Shown piece after piece: positions 35,202-45,200 of a stretch of DNA of 57,773 nucleotides. A program made the translations under genes and the position numbers. The stretch is from an uncultured bacterium. Its GTDB lineage: Bacteria > Verrucomicrobiota > Kiritimatiellia > CAIKKV01 > CAIYGI01. The stretch is from the NCBI GenBank assembly GCA_903925685.1, contig CAIYGI010000186.1, positions 1-57,773 on the forward strand, in the 5' to 3' direction. The notes beneath the pieces were generated by a model. That model saw only the letters and a program-made list of their open reading frames with translations. It was not told where the DNA came from and did not search any database. How positions within the stretch are numbered: the first letter of the stretch is position 1; each line of letters starts with the position of its first letter.

Positions 35202-36227
35202 ATGGCGACGTGGCAGAATCAGGTTCGTGAATCACCCGAAAACTCCGGCGATTTGATTCGGGACGCTGGTTTTCGCCTGGTGACGAGTCAAGAACGCCCC
35301 GACCTTTTGCAGTCGGGCCAAATTCTCCTTTGGCCTATCGACGAAGCGGCCCCTAAGCCCGCAAAACGATCGATGTCTGAGCCGCTCTCCCCAGTCTACG
35401 ACCACAACGATGGTCGTTTGACAGTTCCAGATCGCCAACTTAATCGTGATGAAATCGCAGATCGCCTCTTTGAGGGCGACTGTTTGGAGATTCTAACCCG
35501 GTTTCCGGCGCACAGTGTGAATATGGTGCTTTGCGATCTGCCCTATGGCACCACACAGAACAAATGGGACAGCGTCATTCCCCTAGAGAGACTCTGGCCG
35601 CTTTATCTCCGTGTACTCAAGCCGAATGGCGTCGTGGTGCTTACCGCGCACAGTATATTCACGGCGAAGCTAATCCTTAGCAATGAGGCATGGTTCAAGT
35701 ACAAAATGGTCTGGGAGAAATCGAAGCCCACCAATTTCCTCAACGCGAAGATCCAGCCTCTCCGCAAGCACGAAGATATCTGCATCTTCTACAACAGACA
35801 GTCTACCTATAACCCACAGATGAGTAACGGATCCCCGTACGACAAGGGCATCAGGAAAAACCAGTTATCTGGCAGTTACGGCGATTTCCTGCCCGCCCAT
35901 GTTCACAGCAAAGGCTTGCGCTATCCGACGGACGTAGTCTATTTCAAGACGGCCGAAAGCGAGGGGCCCGTCTGGCATCCTACTCAGAAACCAGTCGAAC
36001 TGGGACGATATCTCGTTCGGACATTCACCAACCCTGGCGATTTAGTCTTGGACAATGCTTTCGGAAGCGGCAGTTTTCTGGTCGCTGCCGCGACTGAGGG
36101 ACGACGGTTTGTTGGCATCGAGAAGAACGAGGATGTTCATCTTTTTAAACGAAATAGCATCGACTATGTTGGGGTTGCACGCATGCGACTGGCCGAAGTA
36201 GGCTTGAGGAAACCGCGTGTTGTATGA
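35202..36227 (+). CDS. Site-specific DNA methyltransferase (N4/N6, beta class); start uncertain (35202 or 35373)
   Basis: GDCLE, CDLPYG (motif IV), HPTQKP, DNAFGSGS (motif I). Confidence 0.85.
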   Translation: MATWQNQVRESPENSGDLIRDAGFRLVTSQERPDLLQSGQILLWPIDEAAPKPAKRSMSEPLSPVYDHNDGRLTVPDRQLNRDEIADRLFEGDCLEILTRFPAHSVNMVLCDLPYGTTQNKWDSVIPLERLWPLYLRVLKPNGVVVLTAHSIFTAKLILSNEAWFKYKMVWEKSKPTNFLNAKIQPLRKHEDICIFYNRQSTYNPQMSNGSPYDKGIRKNQLSGSYGDFLPAHVHSKGLRYPTDVVYFKTAESEGPVWHPTQKPVELGRYLVRTFTNPGDLVLDNAFGSGSFLVAAATEGRRFVGIEKNEDVHLFKRNSIDYVGVARMRLAEVGLRKPRVV

Positions 36228-36650
36228 GTATTCACTACGAAACCTGACGTCAAGGTGGACTTGGACCTATGTCACGCCCTGATGTGTTCCGCTATGGGAT
36301 GTTTCTACATTGAGGCGCTTGGTTTTGGTCGGGGGTTGGGCGTTCTTGACCTGAACGCCTCCAAGTTGGCTTTGCATATGCAGTTGCTGGACCCGGCGCG
36401 GCTTTCCAGCGCGAAGCGCGGTCGAGTTTTGACGGCCTTCGCGCCCTTGCTGAAACGCGACATCCTGTCATTCGACAAGGAACTGGAACGTCGTGATAGG
36501 CTTGATTTTGAAGATACGGTCTTGGATGCGTTTGGTCTGACGGGGTTGCGATCGAAGATTACAGACTCTGTTGTGCGTCTACAGTCGATACGATTGGCAT
36601 CGTGCGAGGGCCAACGTGCTTTTGATCCGACTGATAATCAGGACGAGTAG
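36228..36650 (+). pseudogene. Probable C-terminal (TRD-like) fragment of a large N6-MTase/type IIG RM protein
   Basis: HALMCS..FYIEALGFGRGLGVLDL..LLDP..LD..VL..FGL pattern; no clear start/RBS. Confidence 0.45.
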
Positions 36651-36726
36651 GGAGAATCATGCCATTCAAAGCACACGGTCTTCTCGACCGGAGCGCTTTC
36701 GGGGTCGCCATAAACGCCGGATTGCA

Positions 36727-37560
36727 TTATGGCCGCGCCGCTTTTTGCATCGTCTCGCCGCGTAAAAGGGAAATTGCGCGCTGGATGCAGTCGGCGCCGA
36801 TGACGCGCTTTTCGGCGACATAGGCCGCGAGCAGCGCATTGTCGCAGACGGCGTTCACCATGCGTGGAATGCCATCCGAATAGGCCATGACCGCGATTGA
36901 GGCCGCCTCGTCGAAGCGCACGGCGTCAGGCGTGGCGCCGGCCACCAGCAAACGGTGGGCGATGTAGGAAATCAGATCCTGCTGTGTCAGGCGGTGCAAA
37001 TGAGCGCGCACGGTGATGCGCTGGCTGAGTTGCCGCAGTTCGTGCGAGGAGAGCCGCTCGTTCAGTTCCGGCTGGCCGACAAGCACGATCTGAATCAGTT
37101 TCTGCTGGGCGGTTTCGAGATTGGACAACAGGCGCACCTGCTCCATCAGGCGGGACGAGAGGTTTTGGGCCTCGTCGATCAGCAGCGCCACATTGGTCCC
37201 CGCCCGCATCTGTTCAAGCAGGAACACATTCAGCGTTTCGAGTAGCGTCAGCCGGTCGCGGCGCGCCGGCTGCAGGCCGAAGTCGCCGACGATCGCGCGC
37301 AGCAGTTGCGTCTCGTTCAGGCATGGATTGAGGATCAGCGCGGTTCTGGTGGTGGGACCGAGTTCGTGGAGTATCGCCCGGCAGATCGTCGTCTTGCCCG
37401 ACCCGACCTCGCCCACCAGCAGGATGAACCCCTTGCGCTGTGTGATGCCGTACATCACGTGGTCGTAAGCCTCGCGATGTTGCTCGGTCAGGTATAGATA
37501 ACGCGGATCAGGCGTAAGATTGAAGGGCATCTCGCGCAGTCCGAAGAAGGCCCGGTACAT
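36727..37560 (-). CDS. ExeA/GspA-family AAA ATPase (short form)
   Basis: MY..FFGL...PF..TPDP, GEVGSGKTT, IDEAQNL, LVGQPEL, GIPRMVNAVCD. Confidence 0.92.
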   Translation of the reverse strand: MYRAFFGLREMPFNLTPDPRYLYLTEQHREAYDHVMYGITQRKGFILLVGEVGSGKTTICRAILHELGPTTRTALILNPCLNETQLLRAIVGDFGLQPARRDRLTLLETLNVFLLEQMRAGTNVALLIDEAQNLSSRLMEQVRLLSNLETAQQKLIQIVLVGQPELNERLSSHELRQLSQRITVRAHLHRLTQQDLISYIAHRLLVAGATPDAVRFDEAASIAVMAYSDGIPRMVNAVCDNALLAAYVAEKRVIGADCIQRAISLLRGETMQKAARP

Positions 37561-37617
37561 GAGTGCAAGGTACGAAAAATCCTCGTCCCTGTCCAGCGGG
37601 AGGTGTATGTTGATGTC

Positions 37618-38463
37618 ATGAACGCGCCAGCCAAAACCGTTTGTCCGCCGCTGCCCGATTACCATACCCATACGCGGCTGTGCCATCATGCGCGGGGCAC
37701 GCCGGCGGAGTATCGCGCCGCAGCCGCGGCGCGCGGACTGCCGGCGCTGGCGATCACGGACCATGCGCCCAACCCGGTCGGCTACGATCCGGGGAACCGC
37801 ATGTCCATGGCGGATTTTCCCTCCTACCAGGAAATGCTGCTTCCGCTTCGGGATAACCTTGCTCCCGCGGTGCTTTACGGCGTCGAGGCCGATTATCACG
37901 AAGGCTGCGAGGCCTATCTGCCCGCCTGGCTGCAGAGCCAGCCGTTCGATATCGTGCTTGGTTCCGTCCACCAGATCCGCGACTGGGCTTTTGACGATCC
38001 GGCCCAGCTTGGCGACTGGGCGCGTGTGGAGGTGCAGGCGGTCTGGCGGAAATATTTCGAACTGGTGGCGCGCATGGCCGCCACCGGATGGTTCGATGTG
38101 GCGGGACACCTCGATCTGCCCAAGAAATTCGGACACCGCCTGCGCGACGACCTGCTGCGCGAAATTGCCGCCCCCGCGCTCGACGCCCTGGCCCGCGCCG
38201 GCATGGCGGTCGAAATCAACACCTCCGGCCTGCGCAAACTCGTGGCCGAAATGTATCCCTCGCCCCTGCTGCTGGAGATGACCCGCGAACGCGGGATTGC
38301 GCTGAGCTTCGGCTCCGATTCCCATCGGCCCGAGGATGTGGGCGCCGATTTCGACAAGGCCCTCGCTCTGGCCCGCGCGGCCGGTTACACCGAGCACGCC
38401 GTCTATCGCGCCCGCCGCCGCACCATGCTGCCGCTGCCTTACGACTTACCGCCTGTAAAATAA
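37618..38463 (+). CDS. PHP-domain histidinol-phosphatase (HisJ/HisK family)
   Basis: DYHTHTRLCHHA, TDH, GSVH, GHLDL.KKF, EINTSG, GSDSH. Confidence 0.88.
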   Translation: MNAPAKTVCPPLPDYHTHTRLCHHARGTPAEYRAAAAARGLPALAITDHAPNPVGYDPGNRMSMADFPSYQEMLLPLRDNLAPAVLYGVEADYHEGCEAYLPAWLQSQPFDIVLGSVHQIRDWAFDDPAQLGDWARVEVQAVWRKYFELVARMAATGWFDVAGHLDLPKKFGHRLRDDLLREIAAPALDALARAGMAVEINTSGLRKLVAEMYPSPLLLEMTRERGIALSFGSDSHRPEDVGADFDKALALARAAGYTEHAVYRARRRTMLPLPYDLPPVK

Positions 38464-39389
38464 GTTTCCCCGTCGTGCGTCAGGCGCTTCACGCGGCCGG
38501 ACTTCTCAAGTTTGTCCAACCGCGCCGCGGCCTGGTCCGCCGGCGCCTTCAGCCAGGCGGCCACATGTTCCAGCGGCGCGGCATGCCGTACCAGCATGGC
38601 CACCAGATCGTCGTCGCTCGTGCCCACCGCGTGGACCTCGTCCGCGGAGACGGGCGCCGCGCCTCCCAATGTATCCGCGACCGGCAGGAACAAGCCCGCC
38701 AACTGCCGCAAAACGGCATGATCCACCGCCACCACCTGCCTGTCGACCGGCGGACGCGTGGCCGTGCTCAGTTGAATGCGCTGCGGTTTGAGCCCGGCGG
38801 CCAGATCGGCAATGCGCCTCACACTGGCCTCGGTATCGTTAAACCCGGCAACCAGGAACACCTCAACCCACAACTCGCCTTGAAACTCCGCCCGAAAGGC
38901 GTGAAAACCGTCCAAAACTTCGCGAAAGCGCAGGTTTGGGTGCGGACGGTGAACGCTTTCCCATGAATTCTGATCCCAGGCGCTGAGGGTCACTTTGACC
39001 ACATCGGCCTGTAAGGCGGCTGTGCGCACATCGGCCTGGCCGAAGAGCGCGCCATTGCTGAGCAGCACCCGCCGGATCGGCGTGCGCTCGCGAATGCCGG
39101 CCAGCACATCGCCGAACTTCGCATGCAGCGTGGGTTCGCCGCTGCCGGAGAGGGTGATGGCGTCCGCCTTGCCGCCCGCCGCCAGCCAGCCCTCCAGTTC
39201 CGACATCACGTCGGCCACGGGAACGTAGTCACGCCGCTCGCAGGTCAGCGTGGAGCGCACCTGGATCTGGCAGAAGTGGCAGTCGTAACAGCAGGTCTTT
39301 TCGGGCACAAGATCGACGCCAAGCGAAAGCCCCAACCGCCGGGAGCGGATGGGGCCAAACAATGTGCGAAAATGTTTTTCAGAGGGCAT
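38439..39389 (-). CDS. Radical SAM protein
   Basis: FGPIRSRRLGLSLGVD, CxxxCxxC (CCYDCHFC), SGSGEPTL; TGATG-coupled to the ferredoxin. Confidence 0.9.
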   Translation of the reverse strand: MPSEKHFRTLFGPIRSRRLGLSLGVDLVPEKTCCYDCHFCQIQVRSTLTCERRDYVPVADVMSELEGWLAAGGKADAITLSGSGEPTLHAKFGDVLAGIRERTPIRRVLLSNGALFGQADVRTAALQADVVKVTLSAWDQNSWESVHRPHPNLRFREVLDGFHAFRAEFQGELWVEVFLVAGFNDTEASVRRIADLAAGLKPQRIQLSTATRPPVDRQVVAVDHAVLRQLAGLFLPVADTLGGAAPVSADEVHAVGTSDDDLVAMLVRHAAPLEHVAAWLKAPADQAAARLDKLEKSGRVKRLTHDGETYFTGGKS

Positions 39390-39559
39390 CAGCCCGCCGA
39401 AATCGCTTCCACCGGGCATTCGCCCGCGCAGAGGCCGCAATCCACGCATTTGTCGGCGTCGATATTGTACTGCTTGTCGCCCTCCGAAATCGCTTCGACC
39501 GGGCAGACCTTGGAGCACGCGCCGCACTCCGTACATTTATCCGAAATCGCATAAGCCAT
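39389..39559 (-). CDS. 2x[4Fe-4S] ferredoxin, 56 aa (absent from the ORF track)
   Basis: Manual translation MAYAISDKCTECGACSKVCPVEAISEGDKQYNIDADKCVDCGLCAGECPVEAISAG; two CxxCxxCxxxCP motifs. Confidence 0.95.
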   Translation of the reverse strand: MAYAISDKCTECGACSKVCPVEAISEGDKQYNIDADKCVDCGLCAGECPVEAISAG

Positions 39560-39590
39560 GATAGCACCCTTTCTTTGTAAACGTGCGAAG

Positions 39591-39619
39591 AGTGTATCAC
39601 GCCACGCCCGCTAAAGCAA
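39591..39619 (-). promoter_or_regulatory. sigma70-type promoter (TTGCTT-17-TACACT) for ferredoxin/radical SAM
   Basis: 17-bp spacer, about 30 nt upstream of the ATG. Confidence 0.5.
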
Positions 39620-39634
39620 GCGCTTCGCGAGCCT

Positions 39635-40096
39635 TTACTTTGGCATTTCGGCGGTCATGGTACCGCTGCGGCGACCGCCGATTTCCTTGTAAATGCACTG
39701 GGCAATGCCGTTGGTGCCGTACTTGCCGGAGAACTCAAAGCTCCCGTTGGCGCGTCCGCCACTCGCCTTGCCGGTGCCGCTGATCTCCGTTTTCAGGTCG
39801 GTCTTGAGCGTTCCAACATAGTTCAGGGGCGCGCCGCTCCAACTGGAAATGTAGACGGCATCATAGCTGCCGTCCGCTTTAGCCGTGAGCTTCGCGGACC
39901 AGGCGCTCTCCCTGCCCTTGAACGTGCATGTGCCCTTGATCGAACTGATTTCGCCGGGTTTGACGGCAGCCTTGTCCGGCGCGGCAAAAACCGTCGAAAC
40001 AGCCAACCCCGGCAGCAGCCATGCTCCACCCAACAGTAACGCTGAAAAACAACGCACCACAATTGCCCGGTTCGTCAGAGTCTTGATCATTTTCAT
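39635..40096 (-). CDS. Hypothetical exported beta-strand-rich protein
   Basis: AAGGA RBS, signal-like N-terminus, two Cys. Confidence 0.6.
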   Translation of the reverse strand: MKMIKTLTNRAIVVRCFSALLLGGAWLLPGLAVSTVFAAPDKAAVKPGEISSIKGTCTFKGRESAWSAKLTAKADGSYDAVYISSWSGAPLNYVGTLKTDLKTEISGTGKASGGRANGSFEFSGKYGTNGIAQCIYKEIGGRRSGTMTAEMPK

Positions 40097-40190
40097 TTGT
40101 CCGTCCTTTACGTGTTTAAGTTTAACACTACACGACAGCGGCGCGCAACTTGCCCTCGACCGTGCTGTTTGGGCGGTTTCTTGTTGTTCC

Positions 40191-40457
40191 TCAGTGCGAA
40201 TGCGCTTCGACATAGGACCTGAGCACGGCATTGATCCGGGTCTGGTAGCCTCTCCCCTTATTCCGGAACCAGGCGACAACTCCGGGATCCAGGCGAATGG
40301 AAAGGGCGGCTTTCTTCTCCGGCATCCGGATGACCATTTTCTGGAAAACAGACCGATCCACCGGAGGAACATCGAAAAAATCGATATCCGTGTCCTTCAT
40401 GCGGCGGAGCCGCTGCCAATCAGTTCCCGATTTCTTCTGTGTAGATGTTTTGTTCAT
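40191..40457 (-). CDS. brnA: BrnA antitoxin
   Basis: TDWQRL, SIRLD..V.AWF..GRGYQTRINAVLR. Confidence 0.9.
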   Translation of the reverse strand: MNKTSTQKKSGTDWQRLRRMKDTDIDFFDVPPVDRSVFQKMVIRMPEKKAALSIRLDPGVVAWFRNKGRGYQTRINAVLRSYVEAHSH

Positions 40458-40698
40458 GTCGGCTTGCCTTACGGGCGGATATGATTCGGATTGTCTCGAC
40501 GTCAGGCTCGGTGAAGACCACCACCGCAAGAACGTCGTCCAACCATCCGATCCCCACCCAACGATCCTCTCCGTATGACTTCCTCTGGTCTAAAAATGTC
40601 ACCATGGGATGTCCGAACATTGCCGGCACATCGGCAAAATCAATACTGTGCTTCTGCCGGTTGATCCTGTTCTTCTCTTCGTCCCACGTGAACTTCAT
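40420..40698 (-). CDS. brnT: BrnT toxin
   Basis: MKFTWDEEKN..N.QKH.IDF, YGEDRW, IRIISARKA. Confidence 0.92.
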   Translation of the reverse strand: MKFTWDEEKNRINRQKHSIDFADVPAMFGHPMVTFLDQRKSYGEDRWVGIGWLDDVLAVVVFTEPDVETIRIISARKASRHEQNIYTEEIGN

Positions 40699-40707
40699 CG
40701 ACGATAC

Positions 40708-40730
40708 TGTATATACATCTCGTATCTACG
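40708..40730. promoter_or_regulatory. Paired palindromes TGTATATACA / CGTATCTACG, probable BrnA operator
   Basis: Immediately upstream of the brnT ATG. Confidence 0.5.
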
Positions 40731-40753
40731 GCAATAGTATTCTTGCGTAATGA

Positions 40754-41048
40754 GTGAAGTGGTGGAAGAGCAAGGTAGGGCGCTCTCACCGAGAGCGCCG
40801 TCTTCGATCTACGCACAACCGCTCGCCTGTTCTCATCCCACTCACGGCGGCCTCGGCGGCGAAGGCCACCGTGAGCGGGATGGTGAAAGGTGGACGATTG
40901 CCAAGTCGAAAAATGTCGAAATGCAATTCTGGAGGGACGGGCTCCGTCCCGTCCGTTCCACCCGCTTTCAGCAACTCACGGACGACACGGCTCGTGCTAC
41001 ATAGCGAAGTGCTACTTCGCAGAGTAGCAAGGTCGTCCTTTCAGAATT
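40754..41048. repeat. REP cluster: GTAG REP (40775-40799), 18-bp IR hairpin (~40836-40880), GGAG REP doublet (40931-40954 and 40980-41042)
   Basis: Palindromes read directly; two segments shared with 30182-30363. Confidence 0.85.
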
Positions 41049-41211
41049 GCGTTTCAACTCGAGATTTCGTTGTCGGATCGGTGATTTCATCATGGCATTT
41101 TGGAATGTGGTTGAGGTGACCTTCGCCCTCTATTGATCATGCATATCGCAACTTCGAGGATGACCGAATCTCCGACATCAGAATGTCGCTTGTGTTTTCA
41201 TATGTCAGTAT

Positions 41212-41676
41212 TCACTGAAAGTCATCGCTGAGAATCGGCTGGCTTTCGAACCGTATCCCCTTGCGCATGCTTGGCTGTCCTGTCCATGTACACTGCGAGG
41301 AAGTCCCGACAAACTCACGGTTGATTGCCTTCTCCGTTTTTTTAAGGTATGCCGGTTTGCACGAGATGATCATTGGCGGATCGAGTTCGGACTCTTCCGT
41401 CAGGTTTGTCACGCTGATCGCCCATCGAACGTCATAGAGGCTGGCGAGCCCATTTGCTGGCCACAGTGCATCGGGTTCCTTCCTGTTGTGCCAAGCGGCA
41501 AAAGCATCGAATCCTTCCGGAAGCATGCCGTCTCGCTCAGCCGTGGCCTCAGCCAGTTGACATGCGAATTGGAAAGAGAAACACCTATTCGTTTCTCTCT
41601 TGGCAAACCACGCGTACACAGAAAAGAGGGCTCCGATGATGGCGATGGACAGGAGTATGATCGTCAATTTCTTCAT
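41212..41676 (-). CDS. Hypothetical membrane-anchored protein (cassette-like)
   Basis: MKKLTIILL N-terminal TM; starts 10 nt after the attC R' box. Confidence 0.6.
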   Translation of the reverse strand: MKKLTIILLSIAIIGALFSVYAWFAKRETNRCFSFQFACQLAEATAERDGMLPEGFDAFAAWHNRKEPDALWPANGLASLYDVRWAISVTNLTEESELDPPMIISCKPAYLKKTEKAINREFVGTSSQCTWTGQPSMRKGIRFESQPILSDDFQ

Positions 41677-41686
41677 ACCTTCATGC

Positions 41687-41747
41687 AGCCAACGTCGAAA
41701 GTCAGGTTCCAAGCGGAAGGCGAGATTCCTGAACTTTCTGGTTGGAT
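41687..41747 (-). mobile_element. attC site (61 bp)
   Basis: Minus strand: ATCCAAC (RYYYAAC) - GAAAGTTCAGG / CCTGACTTTC arms with one extra-helical base - GTTGGCT; starts 4 nt after the upstream stop. Confidence 0.8.
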
Positions 41748-41751
41748 GGGC

Positions 41752-42081
41752 CTATATCTTCTTCACTAGAAATCTCTCCCTAAACTGGAGATACCATCCC
41801 CACAGAAGACCGTTTAGAAGTGGGGCGGCAGCCAGACCTATGAGAATCAAGGGATCTCTCTGGTAAGGCTCAAGTTGTAGGAGCCACAGCGGGCCGGCGA
41901 ACAGGCAAGCCGGAAATGACGCGACAGCGACTGCGAGTCCTAAGACAGCGATAAGCGGCATGAATGGGCTGTGGCCACCGCCACTGAGGGTGACCAGGGA
42001 TATGACGAAGAAGGCGAAGAATGCCTCGCAGTAGATCATGTACTTGATCACGCCCCGTGAGAAGATCTGTTTCATTGTCAT
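41752..42081 (-). CDS. Hypothetical small membrane protein (gene cassette)
   Basis: Three hydrophobic helices; stop directly precedes the attC. Confidence 0.6.
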   Translation of the reverse strand: MTMKQIFSRGVIKYMIYCEAFFAFFVISLVTLSGGGHSPFMPLIAVLGLAVAVASFPACLFAGPLWLLQLEPYQRDPLILIGLAAAPLLNGLLWGWYLQFRERFLVKKI

Positions 42082-42119
42082 GTTTCGTACGTGTAGCGAC
42101 TGGCCTTTCGTAACATGCC

Positions 42120-42146
42120 CTTCGTGTTCTTCGTGACCTTCGTGGT
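42120..42146. repeat. Nonamer array (CTTCGTGNN) x3
   Basis: CTTCGTGTT CTTCGTGAC CTTCGTGGT at the cassette-region border. Confidence 0.75.
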
Positions 42147-42280
42147 GAACTCTTGTCCGCTTTTGGTTCCGTCCATGCCGGGCTAGTCGAGGTTTTGCGG
42201 CCGCCTTCCCCGTGTTGCAATCCATTATCCGATGTCCTAGCATGTGTGCGAACCGATCTCTGTTGAGGATTGAACGCCGT

Positions 42281-45200
42281 ATGAAACCATCGAATCGAAA
42301 GCCTGCCGGCAAGGGAAAGGCGACTGATGCCAGTCGTCAGCCTCTGCCGTCTAATCCCATGCCGCCGCCCGCCGCTCTCGATCAACCGGATATCGGGCAC
42401 TTTTTCAGGGCCGAGGACTGGTGGGCCGCCGGCGTCGCCTTTGCGATTGCGCTCGCGGCCTTTTATCGTTTCATGGCGCCCGAGGTGACGCTGCAGGACT
42501 CCGGCGAACTGGTGACCGGCGCCTTTACCTTCGGCGTACCGCATCCGCCGGGATACCCGCTGTGGGCCTTTGTCGCCTTCCTTTGGAGTCATCTGGTGGT
42601 GCCTTTCGGCAATCCGGCCTGGCGCATCGGGACCTTGTCGGTGGTGACCGGCGCATTGGTCGTCGGCGTCATGACGATCATGATGACCCGCAGCATCCGG
42701 GTGCTGCTCAGTTCGCTGCCCTGGGCGGAAAGCATCGACCGCCGGTTGCAGCATTGGATGGCGATCACGATCGGCATGAGCACGGCCTTGCTGTTTGGTT
42801 TCAACCGCGGGGTTTGGCTGTGGTCCTGCGTCTCCGAAATGCGCGTGCTGAACGTCTTCTCCTTCGTGCTGATGGCCTGCACCTTTTTCGCCTGGATGAT
42901 CCAGTCCGCGCGGCGCGGCTTCCTGTACGCCACGATCCTGATCTTCGGCTTGAGCATGACCAACCACCAGACCGTGACCGTGATGGCCGGCGCGCTGGTG
43001 ATGGGCACGCTGGCGGAAGGGATCGACCGCTTCTTCCGCCGCCGCGCCAGCCTGCCGGTGAAGGGCGGACCGGGAACTTTTTCGCAGTTGATGACCGCCT
43101 TGTCCACCTTCTGGGAGTTGACCGCGGCCGTGTTGTTCAGCGCGGCGGCCGGCTTCCTGCTGTTCGCCTGGCTGCGCGCCGGAATAACCGGTTCCGTGAC
43201 GGAACAACCGGACTTTTTGAAGACCGTGTCCCTCCTGGTTGCCGGTGGAGTGGTGCTGGCCGTCGGAATGTTCTACGGCTGGGTCAAACTGCGCCAGGCC
43301 ATGCTGTACACGGCGCTCTTCCTGGCCGGCTGCGCATTCTACCTGTACATGCCGCTGGCGTCCGGCACCAATCCGCCGATGAACTGGGGTTACGCGGCGA
43401 CCAGGGAAGGATTCCTGCACTCGATCACCCGCGGGCAGTACGAGAGCTTGCAGATGGCGGACCTTTTCAGCGCGGTATTCTTCACCAAGATCAAGGTCTT
43501 TATCCTGGCGCTGGCGCAGCAGTACACCTGGCCGCTGTGTCTGCTGGGGTTGCTCACGATCGTCGTGGCCGCGGTCTGGGTGGCGATCCATCTGAAACGC
43601 CGCCGCTGGCTGCTGGTCGTGTGGGCCCTCTCGTTCGCGGCATTGCTGATCGGACTGTCGGTTCTGCGCGCGTTGAATTCTAACCCGGCGGTCGTGGACT
43701 CTGGATGGCTGGTGCTCTTCTGGGCGTTTTCGATGGCCACGCTGCTGTGTCTGCTGATCGGCATCTGGCTCTACCTGCGCTGGCCCGGCGGGAGCTGGCT
43801 GATTTTCGTCTGGACGGCCTTTTTTGTCACAAGTTTCGGTCTGCTTACGATCATCAATCCCAAGCTCGACCGCCAGGAGCAGGAAATCACGATCAAGTTC
43901 TTCGCGCCGGCGCACGGCTTCTTTGCCATGCTGATCGGTTACGGCATCGTGGTCGTGCTGAGCCTGGTGGCGCGCCTGCGGGGGGCCGCCGCCGGCATCG
44001 TGGTCCGCGTGGCCTGCCTGGCCTTGCTGGCGCTGCCGGTCATTACCTACCGGAACAACTGGAAGCTCTGCAATCTCAAGGACTACGACTACGGCTACTA
44101 CTTTGGCTATTGGATGTTCAATCCCGGCGGCGGCTACCCGCCGATGGAACGCGACTCCGTGCTCTACGGCGGCACCGACCCGGGACGTTTCGTGCCCACC
44201 TACATGATCTTCTGCGAGAGCCGCGTGCCAGCCAGGGACCGCTTCTTCGACAAGAACTTCGACCGCTCGGACGTGTATATCATCACCCAGAACGCGCTGG
44301 CCGATAACACCTACATGAATTACATCCGGGATCAGTACGACTTCTCCCGGCCATCGAACACCGATCGTCTGCAACGCTGGCTCGGGCGCGACCATGTTTA
44401 CCCCCGCGAACCGATCCACATTCCGAGTCCGGATGACGGCAACAGTGCGTTCAGAAACTACATGGACGAGGTTCAGTCTGGCCGCATTCCGCCCAGCGCC
44501 GACGTCAAGATTGACAACGGACATATCACGGTGCAGGGAGTCGGCGGCGTGATGGCCATCAACGGCATCCTGGCTCGCTGGATCTTCGACCAGAACAAGG
44601 AGAAGCACGCCTTCTATGTCGAGGAGAGCTACGTCATTAACTGGATGTATCCCTATCTGCGGCCAAGCGGGATCATCATGAAGATCGAGAAGGAGCCGCT
44701 TGCGTCGCCCCAGGTCAATCCGGGGTTGTGGACCAATATCGTGGCCCAGGATCGCGCCTACTGGGACAATTTGAGCGCCACATTCCTCAAGCGAGAGGAC
44801 TTCCGCCGCAATAACGACGCCAGGAAGACGTTCTCCAAGTTGCGTTCCGCCATCGCCGGGATCTATCTATACCGCGGATTGTGGAAGGAGGCCGAGTACG
44901 CCTTCCGGCAATCCATGGAACTGTGTCCCGAAAGTCCCGAGGCCAGTTTCCGGCTGATCGACATGCTCAACCAGCAGCATCGCTATACCGAAGCCAAGGG
45001 CCTGGCCCAGAACTATCTCGCCCTGGACGAATACAACGACAACGCGAAAAACCAGGTGAACGCGATCGCCGAGATGGAACGCTGCGACGCGCGCCGCCGG
45101 GACCTCGAACCGCTCATTCAAAATGGCCAGGTTGACGTCAACATGGCCCTGGAACTGGCGTCGCTTTATCAGCGGCTTAACATGGTCGGACAGTTCGATG

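Noticed and set aside
39379-39600. 73-aa ORF from the track
   Set aside because: It is a wrong-frame reading of the ferredoxin at 39389..39559.
41870-44608. 912-aa minus-strand ORF and other long shadow ORFs (e.g. 47932..49500, 33373..34809, 28335..29768, 104..1327)
   Set aside because: They are antisense or alternate frames of well-supported genes in GC-rich DNA and show no recognisable motifs.
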